A stretch of DNA of 64,000 bases from a virus (lineage: Duplodnaviria; Caudoviricetes), in IMG/VR virus record IMGVR_UViG_3300044852_000015, positions 64,001 to 128,000 of that record; one strand, 5' to 3'. The notes beneath the pieces are model-generated. The model was not told the origin of the DNA. It saw only the letters and a program-made list of their open reading frames with translations, and made no database searches. Below are positions 1 through 8,156 of this stretch, in pieces. How positions within the stretch are numbered: the first letter of the stretch is position 1; each line of letters begins with the position of its first letter. Position numbers and translations under genes: made by a program.

Positions 1-42
1 CAACCCATCACGACCCTTGTACGCCTTAATCTTAAAATCCAT
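1..42 (-). CDS. 5' part of a hypothetical protein running off the window (MDFKIKAYKGRDGL...)
   Basis: ATG at 42 with AAGAGG RBS upstream; open to the window edge. Confidence 0.5.
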   Translation of the reverse strand, partial: MDFKIKAYKGRDGL

Positions 43-61
43 CCTGCGTTACCTCTTATTG

Positions 62-601
62 TCAGCTTTCGCGTTTAGTCCCCCGCACAGCACGACCTTT
101 ACCCTTACGAGGAAACCGTTCGTTGAGTTCCTTAATGATGTCGGGGATCTGAAGCTTGACGATCCGTGCCGAACTGCTTCTGAGAGTTTGCTGTACTATC
201 GCTAGCGCAGCATCCAAGTTGTCGTCTGTCGCATCCAGAGCCGCAGTCCAGACCTCTTCCAGATCCATCGTGTTGCTGCGACAGTGCACGACTTCAGGAC
301 CCCATGGTAAGATACGGCGAATCATGCCGACCTGACCAGTTGGACGACTACTCCATTCTTCCAGCTCTCCTTCATGGGTGATAAGGTAGGCCTTGATAGT
401 ACCCTCAATCATCACCTCAAGATCACGATCGCCGTTCAGGTACGCCAGCACGTTCAGGCCGTTAAATTCCATCGGGATGATAAAACCCCAATCGGAATAG
501 TAGTAGCTCACCGGGACTTTAGCAATCAGCCCGTTGGGCTTGATCAGGTCTTGGAAGAACATGACTTCGTTACCGACTACAGCGGCGAAATTGTAAGCCA
601 T
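62..601 (-). CDS. hypothetical protein (possible divergent Ntn-fold paralogue of the neighbour)
   Basis: 179 aa ORF, TAATG-coupled to the upstream gene; similar FPR + basic C-terminal tail. Confidence 0.7.
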   Translation of the reverse strand: MAYNFAAVVGNEVMFFQDLIKPNGLIAKVPVSYYYSDWGFIIPMEFNGLNVLAYLNGDRDLEVMIEGTIKAYLITHEGELEEWSSRPTGQVGMIRRILPWGPEVVHCRSNTMDLEEVWTAALDATDDNLDAALAIVQQTLRSSSARIVKLQIPDIIKELNERFPRKGKGRAVRGTKRES

Positions 602-1209
602 TACTTAGCTCTCCTTGGAGCACGAGGTTTCTTGGGTTCTACTACAGGTTTGGCTTCACGAGGGAAGGTGTCCAGCGTAGACATGGACAGTGCTTGTACC
701 GGACCACCACAGGTGTTAGCCAATAGACTGATGCGGCGGATGATCTCCGGGGCGTCAAAACCAGCTTTGTAGAACACGTTGGCAAAGTTACCCTCAGAAC
801 CTTCCGTCCAGTACTGGGTTGGATCAATGGAACTGACTACAGCCCCCTCATCCACGTCTCGTTCGATTACCCACGCGTGTTCCTGAGTCACCAGAAACAT
901 CCGACGGATAACCTTTATGCCCTTAGCAGACATCCCACACAACAACCCACGTTCTTCCTCAGAGAACTCCAACGGATTCCCAGCGTCATACGACAAATAA
1001 AAAGCGGCCAGTCGAGGGACGATGAAACCCCAGACGAGGGCCATCTCCGTAGAGTTGAATTCGCCACCCACAATGCCAAGAGCAGCACGCTTGCAGGGAC
1101 TTACAAAAAGCTTCTGACCGAAAGCGATGTACTCATCGCGAGCATTGATGTTCATCAACATCTGGCTGTCAGTAGCCAGAATACCATTTAACAGAACTGC
1201 CTGTGACAT
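601..1209 (-). CDS. HslV/proteasome-beta-like (Ntn-hydrolase fold) protein
   Basis: N-terminal MSQAVLLNGILATDSQ...QKLF...GIVG and C-terminal GSEGNFA...AG....E......CGGPV match the phage HslV-like pattern. Confidence 0.55.
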   Translation of the reverse strand: MSQAVLLNGILATDSQMLMNINARDEYIAFGQKLFVSPCKRAALGIVGGEFNSTEMALVWGFIVPRLAAFYLSYDAGNPLEFSEEERGLLCGMSAKGIKVIRRMFLVTQEHAWVIERDVDEGAVVSSIDPTQYWTEGSEGNFANVFYKAGFDAPEIIRRISLLANTCGGPVQALSMSTLDTFPREAKPVVEPKKPRAPRRAK

Positions 1210-1232
1210 TTTACATGCTCCCTTGAGCTGAC

Positions 1233-1266
1233 GGCATAAAGAGTGTGGGGTTGGCCCTCCACACTC
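1233..1266 (-). terminator. intrinsic terminator, hairpin + TTTATGCC
   Basis: gagtgtgg/ccacactc stem next to ggcataaa. Confidence 0.75.
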
Positions 1267-1281
1267 CTTGTGTTTTACGGC

Positions 1282-1542
1282 TTAGCCTTGGACGCGAGCT
1301 TCCAGGCAGCCAGTGCGACCGGTCTTGGCCGCAGGTTTGAAGTTCGGGTGTTCCGAGCCAGTCAGTACGCCAGTGGCGTCGAAGGACAACTTGGAACCGA
1401 CGACGGTTTCTTTCGGCAGTTGGCCGTCAGCGATTTCCATAGTGACCAGTTCATTGGCCTCGTTCATCACGGTCAGCGAGCAACCAGCAACTTTCACGAA
1501 AGAAACGGTGGTAGCTTTTTCCAGAGCGGTAGACAATTTCAT
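1282..1542 (-). CDS. small early hypothetical protein (monocistronic)
   Basis: 86 aa ORF with AAGGA RBS, between an early promoter and a terminator. Confidence 0.8.
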   Translation of the reverse strand: MKLSTALEKATTVSFVKVAGCSLTVMNEANELVTMEIADGQLPKETVVGSKLSFDATGVLTGSEHPNFKPAAKTGRTGCLEARVQG

Positions 1543-1582
1543 GAACAGCTTTCCTTGTACAAGGTTGGTTTTGGTTTGGTTA

Positions 1583-1610
1583 TTACACTTAGGTAATATA
1601 TACCTGAGTT
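1583..1610 (-). promoter_or_regulatory. phiKZ-type early promoter
   Basis: minus strand CTCAGGTATATATTACCTAAGTGTAA; TATATTAC core shared with 5 other sites. Confidence 0.8.
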
Positions 1611-2454
1611 ATGTTTCAATCAAAGGTTGTGTTTCAGACACAGTGAAGGTCATGAGGGTGACGATGCCTTCAATGACGTTCCCCGGATACACCCGCATGG
1701 CTGACCGAGTTTCGTCGGTATACCCAAGGAAGATACAGTACCCGAAACCCGGAGACTCAATCATCTGTCCTTCTTCGAACGGAGTGCTAGCCATGTAGGC
1801 GTCGTACTCAGCACGCAGTCGGTCACGGTTCTTCTGGTCGTGGTCAACGAAGCGCGCGCTGGGTTCCCACTCACCGATGTCGATGGTTAGACCGTAGGTA
1901 CCGTAGCCTGCGTAGTACGAAAACGCTTCACAGTGTTCGCCACCACGATCCACACACAAAGCAGCCACTTCAAAGATCGCAACGTTACCCCACAGGTCGT
2001 GAGTCTCCGTCTTACCTACGTAAACGTGTAACCCACGCTCAATGTAGATCGGATCACCATTCCAATCGTAGCCCAGTCTAAGACGCTTCTGACCACGTTT
2101 GTACGGAGAGTCATTCCGGTAGACCCTCCAGATCAGAGCATTCAACTCTCGATTAGGCTTCAGGTCAAACTCTTGGACCGGGTCTACGGTGAGTTCGATG
2201 AAGTTGTTCCAACCAATCAGCATGTTGGCGTGGTCGTGTGGGCGGAAGTACGAGAGTCGCTTATCTGTCCGGTCAACCCCGGTTACGAAATAGACGTTCC
2301 CTTCAGGTCCTGAACCCGACGTCACCCCACGCATCTTGACATAGGGTCTGGTTTTGAGCATGTGTTCAACACGAAACAAAGTACCCATCAAGGTGGGAAC
2401 GTAGGGAGTCACCGTACACCACTTGTAGATGGCACGAGCTATACGCTTTAGCAT
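1609..2454 (-). CDS. hypothetical protein
   Basis: 281 aa ORF with AAGGA RBS. Confidence 0.8.
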   Translation of the reverse strand: MLKRIARAIYKWCTVTPYVPTLMGTLFRVEHMLKTRPYVKMRGVTSGSGPEGNVYFVTGVDRTDKRLSYFRPHDHANMLIGWNNFIELTVDPVQEFDLKPNRELNALIWRVYRNDSPYKRGQKRLRLGYDWNGDPIYIERGLHVYVGKTETHDLWGNVAIFEVAALCVDRGGEHCEAFSYYAGYGTYGLTIDIGEWEPSARFVDHDQKNRDRLRAEYDAYMASTPFEEGQMIESPGFGYCIFLGYTDETRSAMRVYPGNVIEGIVTLMTFTVSETQPLIET

Positions 2455-2468
2455 GGAGCATCCTTAAC

Positions 2469-2519
2469 AAAAAAAGAACCCCGGTGGCAAGGGGAGAGGA
2501 ATTGCTCCACCGGGGGTTT
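2469..2519 (-). terminator. intrinsic terminator
   Basis: ccccggtgg/ccaccgggg stem followed by a T7 tract on the minus strand. Confidence 0.65.
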
Positions 2520-2525
2520 CCGAAG

Positions 2526-3134
2526 TTAAAACAGGTTGCGCTGTAACCCTTTGAAGTTACAGTTGATCGCTTCCACGAGATCGTCGATCAATCTACGCGC
2601 CTTATGTAAAGCTTCCAGTTGGTCAGCCTTAATAGTAGCGGGAATGTAGGTCACTCGCAACTTGTCCTTATACAGGCCAGTCACGTAATGCTCACAGATC
2701 CACTTCGGCGCGTATTGTCGAGCTAAGTCCTCAACCCACATCTCCGCCCACCAATCCGTCTTCTTCAATCGCGTCAGGTCCGGTATAGGGATCACGACGT
2801 TAATCTTAGGGATCTTCGGGTCAGTTACCAGCTCTGCCCGAGTCACCCGTTCGACTGACAATAGGATTGGTACAACCTCATCACTACATTGGGCAGGTCT
2901 GTAGAAGTAAACACCTTGCCGGAATTGCCCGAAGCAACGCCCGTAAGGATTGTTGTCCGACCACAGACTTACCTCTTCGTCCTCTACAGCAAACTCAAAC
3001 TTGTAGATAGCGTAGTTGATGGGGGCTACGACTTCGTTGTGGTACTTATAGAGAGTGATTTGAGCGATCCGGTGAATCCATTCAGGATCAGTGAGATCCG
3101 TCATCATGTTCAGTGGTCCGAATAGCGTCAACAT
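2526..3134 (-). CDS. hypothetical protein, tandem paralogue A
   Basis: start moved to MLTLFG; C-half (IPKINVV...YAPKW...DKLRVTYIPAT) aligns with the neighbour. Confidence 0.75.
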   Translation of the reverse strand: MLTLFGPLNMMTDLTDPEWIHRIAQITLYKYHNEVVAPINYAIYKFEFAVEDEEVSLWSDNNPYGRCFGQFRQGVYFYRPAQCSDEVVPILLSVERVTRAELVTDPKIPKINVVIPIPDLTRLKKTDWWAEMWVEDLARQYAPKWICEHYVTGLYKDKLRVTYIPATIKADQLEALHKARRLIDDLVEAINCNFKGLQRNLF

Positions 3135-3144
3135 CGCACACCCC

Positions 3145-3756
3145 CTAGAGACCGTCGAGGAATTCCTGTTGGGAACCGTGGTCAGACACGCAGGTTGGTA
3201 ACTGCTCCATGATCGTCTCACCAAAGCCCATCAGGTTTGTGATCAGGGTAGCCACTGCGGTTGGGTTGACAGTCAGGGGAACGTAATCCAAACGGATCTT
3301 GTCATTCCCGATCTTACCGAACACGTAGCCCTTAGCACCCCACTTGGGTTTGTAACGTTCTATCACCGCCACAACATCGGGATGGTGATACCAGTGGGTG
3401 GAGTTCAGGCTGTCGCGGTCTACCACGGCTACGATGCTGACGCGAGGGATGTCCTCAACAATCGGCAAGCGTGCCTTCTTAACCACCTTGGTGTTGGTGA
3501 TCTTGATAGGATCGCCTTTGTACACCCAGTTCACCCCGTGGTCGTACAACCCAGGCGCCAGATCGACATCGGGCAAGGCGTACTTCTCTGGATTGATCAC
3601 GTCCTTCTCAGGAATGTCCAGAGTTAGTTCGATGACGTTCTGATCGAGATCCGGCGTCACCGATTTGGCATCACGCTTCAACCGCAGGGTGATTTCACTT
3701 TTAGTGAACAACTCCGGCAAAGGGTAGTGCATGTTAATTGCCATGTACAATTTCAT
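3145..3756 (-). CDS. hypothetical protein, tandem paralogue B
   Basis: start MKLYMA with GAGG RBS; IPRVSIV...YKPKW...DKIRLDYVPLT. Confidence 0.75.
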   Translation of the reverse strand: MKLYMAINMHYPLPELFTKSEITLRLKRDAKSVTPDLDQNVIELTLDIPEKDVINPEKYALPDVDLAPGLYDHGVNWVYKGDPIKITNTKVVKKARLPIVEDIPRVSIVAVVDRDSLNSTHWYHHPDVVAVIERYKPKWGAKGYVFGKIGNDKIRLDYVPLTVNPTAVATLITNLMGFGETIMEQLPTCVSDHGSQQEFLDGL

Positions 3757-3763
3757 GGTTGCC

Positions 3764-4294
3764 TCACTTACAGAACTTGTTGCTATCGACAACAGCACTG
3801 CGACCTTTCACGTAGAACGCGTAGGTCTGTGCTGGCTTGGTTTTCATTTTACCGTATTCACCTTCAGAGGTCTTCATCGACCACCAACCTTCAGAACCAC
3901 CAATACCGAACACCACCGCGTCATTACCTTTGTACTCGATGGTGGTGGACACTTCGATCTTGGCGGTATCAATGATACGGATGCCAAAGATGTCAAAGTA
4001 GTTGTACTGGTACTCACGAACGCCAGTAACCTTTTCCCCACCGACATCCACCGAACAAGGACGCATGTCTGTTACAACTTGAGTCACACGGTTTTTGTAG
4101 GCATCGTTTACAAAGTACCCCAGTACAGAAGCTGCGATGATTACCACCACAGCGATCTGTACTTTTGTCCAGAACCAGATACGGCGCGCTACGCTTTGTT
4201 TGGTCTGGAGTTTTTCACGGGCTACGGAACCAGCATCGACTTCAGGAGTTTCTACTGCTGCTGCGGATGCCATTGGGAGGGACATGTCGTTCAT
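3764..4294 (-). CDS. single-pass membrane protein
   Basis: hydrophobic VQIAVVVIIAASVLGYFV after basic residues; AAGGA RBS. Confidence 0.8.
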   Translation of the reverse strand: MNDMSLPMASAAAVETPEVDAGSVAREKLQTKQSVARRIWFWTKVQIAVVVIIAASVLGYFVNDAYKNRVTQVVTDMRPCSVDVGGEKVTGVREYQYNYFDIFGIRIIDTAKIEVSTTIEYKGNDAVVFGIGGSEGWWSMKTSEGEYGKMKTKPAQTYAFYVKGRSAVVDSNKFCK

Positions 4295-4328
4295 GAGTGT
4301 TTTCCTTACTTAAGGTTGGGAGTTACGA

Positions 4329-4871
4329 TTAGGTACGGCGTTTGAAGTGGTGGGTGGGTGGAACGTTTTCGGCAATGAGCTGATCCCATTTACCGTTGGC
4401 TGCACAGCGCAGCGGCCAGAATACGTCAGCACCGATGATAGCCGAATTGGACATCACAAAGGTGAACGCAGTCGGGAGTTGATGTTCGCGCAGGAACTTG
4501 TCGAACCATTCAATGCGAGCCATGTCAGTTTGGAACGCTTTACGGCGCTGGGTCAGACTAGGTACAGTTTTGGGTTTGGTCAGCTCGTGTTTCATAGTTG
4601 CCCAAGACTTTTCGTCCAACACCGTGTAGTACGTTGTTTGTTCGGTGTTGTTACGCGGCATCGTCATGACTTCTTCTTGACGTTGTGCGATCAAGCTGAG
4701 CATCCCACGGGTGGTGCGCTCCTCGTCGGTGAATGGTACCAACTTGTCAGTCAGGGGCACCAACTTACCGAGGTTGAAGATTTCAGTGTACGGTTCCAGA
4801 GAAGCCAAGTCGTCAATGAGAACCCAGTTGACGTCAGGGCGGCGATTGGTGTGGAGAGCTGGATCAAACAT
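4329..4871 (-). CDS. hypothetical protein
   Basis: 180 aa ORF overlapping the upstream stop. Confidence 0.75.
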   Translation of the reverse strand: MFDPALHTNRRPDVNWVLIDDLASLEPYTEIFNLGKLVPLTDKLVPFTDEERTTRGMLSLIAQRQEEVMTMPRNNTEQTTYYTVLDEKSWATMKHELTKPKTVPSLTQRRKAFQTDMARIEWFDKFLREHQLPTAFTFVMSNSAIIGADVFWPLRCAANGKWDQLIAENVPPTHHFKRRT

Positions 4872-5424
4872 TGGCCATTGTCTCCCGTGGGATCAGGATG
4901 GCTTTAGGGATCAACAACATAGCCCCATCGAACTCTTTGTCCATCTTGTAGCCGAGGTAGGTAATGTCTTTGAGGATCTTACCCAGCCGACCAGATTTGA
5001 TGGTGTACTGCTTCATTTCAACAGGACCATTGTCACCATACTCGATTGGGGCGTGCATGGTGCCGAAGAACTCAAAGCCATTGCGATGCAGTGCAAGCAT
5101 CAGCGTTGCGTTGATCTGGGGTCCGTAGTGTGCGAGAGTTTGGGGATTGTAGACACCCAGGCGATTCAACATTGAAGTGGCCGAAACCGGCATACCGAAA
5201 TAGTGATCGGTAACACCCATCTCTCTGAAGATTACGAACTCCGATTTCCCACCGTTCATGACAGAAGGCAACAGTTTTGGATCGAACGTGCGGAAGAACA
5301 CGTCACCAGACGCCCATTGAAGGAAGGCTGCATCAACGAGTTGACTAGGGGTTAGATCCGGGGTGGTACCCAACCATGCGTCGAGAGATTGACTGACGTT
5401 AGATTTCGGTTGTTGAAGGGCCAT
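4864..5424 (-). CDS. hypothetical protein
   Basis: 186 aa ORF, TAATG coupling. Confidence 0.75.
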   Translation of the reverse strand: MALQQPKSNVSQSLDAWLGTTPDLTPSQLVDAAFLQWASGDVFFRTFDPKLLPSVMNGGKSEFVIFREMGVTDHYFGMPVSATSMLNRLGVYNPQTLAHYGPQINATLMLALHRNGFEFFGTMHAPIEYGDNGPVEMKQYTIKSGRLGKILKDITYLGYKMDKEFDGAMLLIPKAILIPRETMANV

Positions 5425-5723
5425 TACTTTTGCTCCATAGCAGGATGGGGTTGTTGTAGCATGTATCGCTTGATACCGTCGATGATGTGTGCTGTGGTGT
5501 TACGGTCAACAGTGGATTCGCTCAAGGCGTTCTCCACTACGTCGAGTGTTTGGAAATCCCACCACTCGTTCTTACGGGCTTCATCAACAAAGCCTACCCA
5601 ATCAACCTTCATCGAGTGTTGGTTGAGTAGGATGTCCAAGGCGTTCTCTAGTGGCATCCCGTGGGTTGCTTTCAACTGGAACAATTTAGCCCCAGAATAA
5701 GGTGATTTGTTAGCCAACGACAT
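5424..5723 (-). CDS. small protein resembling a helical segment of alanyl-tRNA synthetase
   Basis: SGAKLFQLKATHGMPLENALDIL...MKVDWVGF vs the AlaRS pattern SGEDAFKLYDTYGFPLDLT.EIA...L.VD..GF; AAGGAG RBS. Confidence 0.6.
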   Translation of the reverse strand: MSLANKSPYSGAKLFQLKATHGMPLENALDILLNQHSMKVDWVGFVDEARKNEWWDFQTLDVVENALSESTVDRNTTAHIIDGIKRYMLQQPHPAMEQK

Positions 5724-5750
5724 AACTCCTTAGTTAAATCCGATTCGGTG

Positions 5751-5776
5751 TACGCTTAGGTAATATAGGTTTGAAA
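5751..5776 (-). promoter_or_regulatory. phiKZ-type early promoter
   Basis: TTTCAAACCTATATTACCTAAGCGTA on the minus strand. Confidence 0.8.
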
Positions 5777-5792
5777 CTATTTTCAAACGAAC

Positions 5793-5831
5793 AAAAAGAA
5801 AAGGGCGTGAACCCTTTTCTTTCTTTATGCC
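5793..5831. terminator. bidirectional-type terminator
   Basis: aagaaaaggg-cgtgaa-cccttttctt then tctttatgcc. Confidence 0.75.
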
Positions 5832-5832
5832 G

Positions 5833-6531
5833 TCAGCCCTTCAACCACTCCTTAGCAAACGCTGGGGAGATTGGTTTAACCCCGGTACATTGCATGGCCA
5901 GGCTCAGAGTAAATGCAGGGAAGCATTGAAGGCGGATGATCTTGCCGATCTCAGTATTCAGCTCAGCCTTACGAATGAACTCTTTGTAGCTTTCGGCAGC
6001 TTCTTCTTTGGTGATCTCTTTCTTCAACTGGATTTCCAGCTCAGCTTTGAGGTCACGCAACACGATGTGAGGATTACCCATTACCGTGGTGTACAACAGA
6101 TCAGCATCACGCAGGCACTTGGCTTCAAGAGTTTTAGCCTCGCCGACGTAAGGGTACTGAGTAACCCGAATGAACATCTCAACCAAACGAGGGTCCATGT
6201 ACTTAGGTTGGAGTTTCTCGTACGCTGTGTGCCAAGCTGCTACCGCACGGTCGATATTGACCGAGTCTGGCTCGTTGCCGCCACTGTGGTCGAAGTCGTG
6301 GAACAACGCAGCAACGATCATTGCCCGTTCGTTACAGGTGGACTGGGCTTCGCTGGAGTGAGCTTGGAAGAACTCGTCAGCCAACCACGCCATGTAGAGC
6401 ATGTGGCTGGTGTTGTGGTACGGAGCACCCTCAGAAGGATTGTTCTCCGACACGTAGAGCCACAGGTCGTAGAGATCCAGTTGTGTCAAGCGGTTCAGGA
6501 ACAGGACGATGTTAGTTCTTTCAAAGTTCAT
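5833..6531 (-). CDS. HD-domain metal-dependent phosphohydrolase (PDE-like)
   Basis: PYHNTSH, AALFHDFDHSG and LRDADL motifs. Confidence 0.8.
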   Translation of the reverse strand: MNFERTNIVLFLNRLTQLDLYDLWLYVSENNPSEGAPYHNTSHMLYMAWLADEFFQAHSSEAQSTCNERAMIVAALFHDFDHSGGNEPDSVNIDRAVAAWHTAYEKLQPKYMDPRLVEMFIRVTQYPYVGEAKTLEAKCLRDADLLYTTVMGNPHIVLRDLKAELEIQLKKEITKEEAAESYKEFIRKAELNTEIGKIIRLQCFPAFTLSLAMQCTGVKPISPAFAKEWLKG

Positions 6532-6561
6532 GGGAACTTCCCCGGTAGATTAAATAGAGTA

Positions 6562-7083
6562 TCAGCTACGAATCCACTTAAGGAATCGTGACCACAGGTT
6601 CATCTCAGGCATCGCCAGTGCAGCTTCAGGTGAGGTCACAGTTTCAACTCGCACCAAGTCTTCTAGCAACACGCCCCACGGGTTACCCTTGGAGTCAGAC
6701 TTCATCTGCACCGGCTTCCAGTACTTACACGCCAACTCAGGGATCTGGGAGAAGTTGGTGAACCCCAAGTAGATCACTGAGTCATCGAGTTCAGCGGAAC
6801 CATCACAGACCATCATGGTTCGCTCACCATTCTCCCCACACCAAGCCAAAGCTCGAGAGGGACCATCGTGATCACTGTGCCAGTTACCAGCAATCAACCC
6901 AGGCTTGTCACCGAACTCGTCGAGGAAGCTTTTGAACAACTCACGGAAACGACCTTTCGACAACCGGTACGTCACCACGTAATCGAAGCGGTTGGTCAGT
7001 TGTCGCAACGTGAGGGGGTGTTGGATCATGACCGCTTTACGCAGTTCTTCTCTCGGCAATACTTCAACTTCCATTACAGTCAT
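6562..7083 (-). CDS. hypothetical protein
   Basis: 173 aa ORF in operon context. Confidence 0.75.
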   Translation of the reverse strand: MTVMEVEVLPREELRKAVMIQHPLTLRQLTNRFDYVVTYRLSKGRFRELFKSFLDEFGDKPGLIAGNWHSDHDGPSRALAWCGENGERTMMVCDGSAELDDSVIYLGFTNFSQIPELACKYWKPVQMKSDSKGNPWGVLLEDLVRVETVTSPEAALAMPEMNLWSRFLKWIRS

Positions 7084-7088
7084 GGTTC

Positions 7089-7253
7089 TTAGTCCTTATC
7101 TTTACCGATCCCAGCCACGACTTCCTGATAGACAGCTTCCATCTCAGGAGAACGTGGGAGGTCATAGTCCGAGTACTTTACAAACGGTACAACTGGTGGG
7201 TTGGGATCTGATTCAGGAGGATGCTTGAGGATTTCTTCCAGTACCTTACTCAT
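7089..7253 (-). CDS. small hypothetical protein, 54 aa (MSKVLEEILKHPPESDPNPP...), not in the ORF track
   Basis: read by hand; fills the gap between genes and overlaps the upstream stop. Confidence 0.6.
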   Translation of the reverse strand: MSKVLEEILKHPPESDPNPPVVPFVKYSDYDLPRSPEMEAVYQEVVAGIGKDKD

Positions 7254-7677
7254 CACGTTGCCCCATTACAGCGACTCGTGGATAGACGATGCCCGACTTA
7301 CGCAGTTCGCCAGTCTTGATGCTACGGGCAAACACTAGGGTCGGAGTCGCTAGGTCTTCATGGTGGTGTATGAGTTGCAACCCCAGTTCTATTCTGGTGA
7401 AGACGCGGAAGTACGGATGGTTCTCGAGGAGGTGGTCCCACCCGTGGGTAAAGAGTTCTACTTTGATGTCCTGGGTACTAAGACCCTTCGGACCAACCAG
7501 CAACACTTCGTCGCCGGGATTGAGTTCCATGTAGCGGTAATCGAGATCGTCCTCGATCGCAATGTTGAGGGCGGCGTAGTAATGGAGCACGTTGGGTTTA
7601 AGCGCAAGCCACTTTGGTACACAGGGTAGGATGCGACCAGCTTTGAACTGCTTACGCAAAGGTCGAGGAAAAGACAT
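7246..7677 (-). CDS. hypothetical protein
   Basis: 143 aa ORF with GAAGGA RBS. Confidence 0.75.
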   Translation of the reverse strand: MSFPRPLRKQFKAGRILPCVPKWLALKPNVLHYYAALNIAIEDDLDYRYMELNPGDEVLLVGPKGLSTQDIKVELFTHGWDHLLENHPYFRVFTRIELGLQLIHHHEDLATPTLVFARSIKTGELRKSGIVYPRVAVMGQRDE

Positions 7678-7702
7678 AACCGGTTCCTTCTAAGGAGTGG
7701 GA

Positions 7703-7834
7703 TTAGTGAAACAGTTGGTACACCAGATTGGCCAAGCACGTAACAATAAACAGGCCGAGGTAAATGCGGTGTTTGACATTCTCGCAGTATTCCAGGCGAC
7801 GGGCTTGGGTTTGACGCAGTGGCCAGTTATCCAT
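7703..7834 (-). CDS. small membrane protein, 43 aa (MDNWPLRQTQARRLEY...IYLGLFIVTCLANLVYQLFH), not in the ORF track
   Basis: read by hand; overlaps the upstream stop; C-terminal hydrophobic helix. Confidence 0.55.
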   Translation of the reverse strand: MDNWPLRQTQARRLEYCENVKHRIYLGLFIVTCLANLVYQLFH

Positions 7835-8099
7835 TGTGTTTACCCCGAGGTTCCATGGGGATGTCTTTCTCGGCGCTACCTTTAGGGAAACAGATTACTT
7901 CACGACGAATACTTTTCCCTGCTACGACACCATTGGTGTACCAGACGCCTTGGTTCAACTCCGCGCCAGTACCCAAGATCAGGGTAGCAGTCCGTTCACA
8001 ACCTAGGTCATCGTAAGTTTCAAAGGACGTGGAGGTTGTTGCGATCGTACCACTGAAGGACATAGTGGTAGTTAGAATTACGTTCATTAATAGTGGCAT
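7827..8099 (-). CDS. hypothetical protein, possibly exported
   Basis: 90 aa with AAGGA RBS and hydrophobic N-terminus. Confidence 0.7.
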   Translation of the reverse strand: MPLLMNVILTTTMSFSGTIATTSTSFETYDDLGCERTATLILGTGAELNQGVWYTNGVVAGKSIRREVICFPKGSAEKDIPMEPRGKHNG

Positions 8100-8119
8100 T
8101 GTTTCTATCCTTACTTAAG

Positions 8120-8149
8120 GGCATAAAGGCCACCCCCGGAGGAGTGGCC
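8120..8149 (-). terminator. terminator + TTTATGCC
   Basis: ggccac/gtggcc stem next to ggcataaa, just after the thyA stop. Confidence 0.7.
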
Positions 8150-8156
8150 AGATTAC

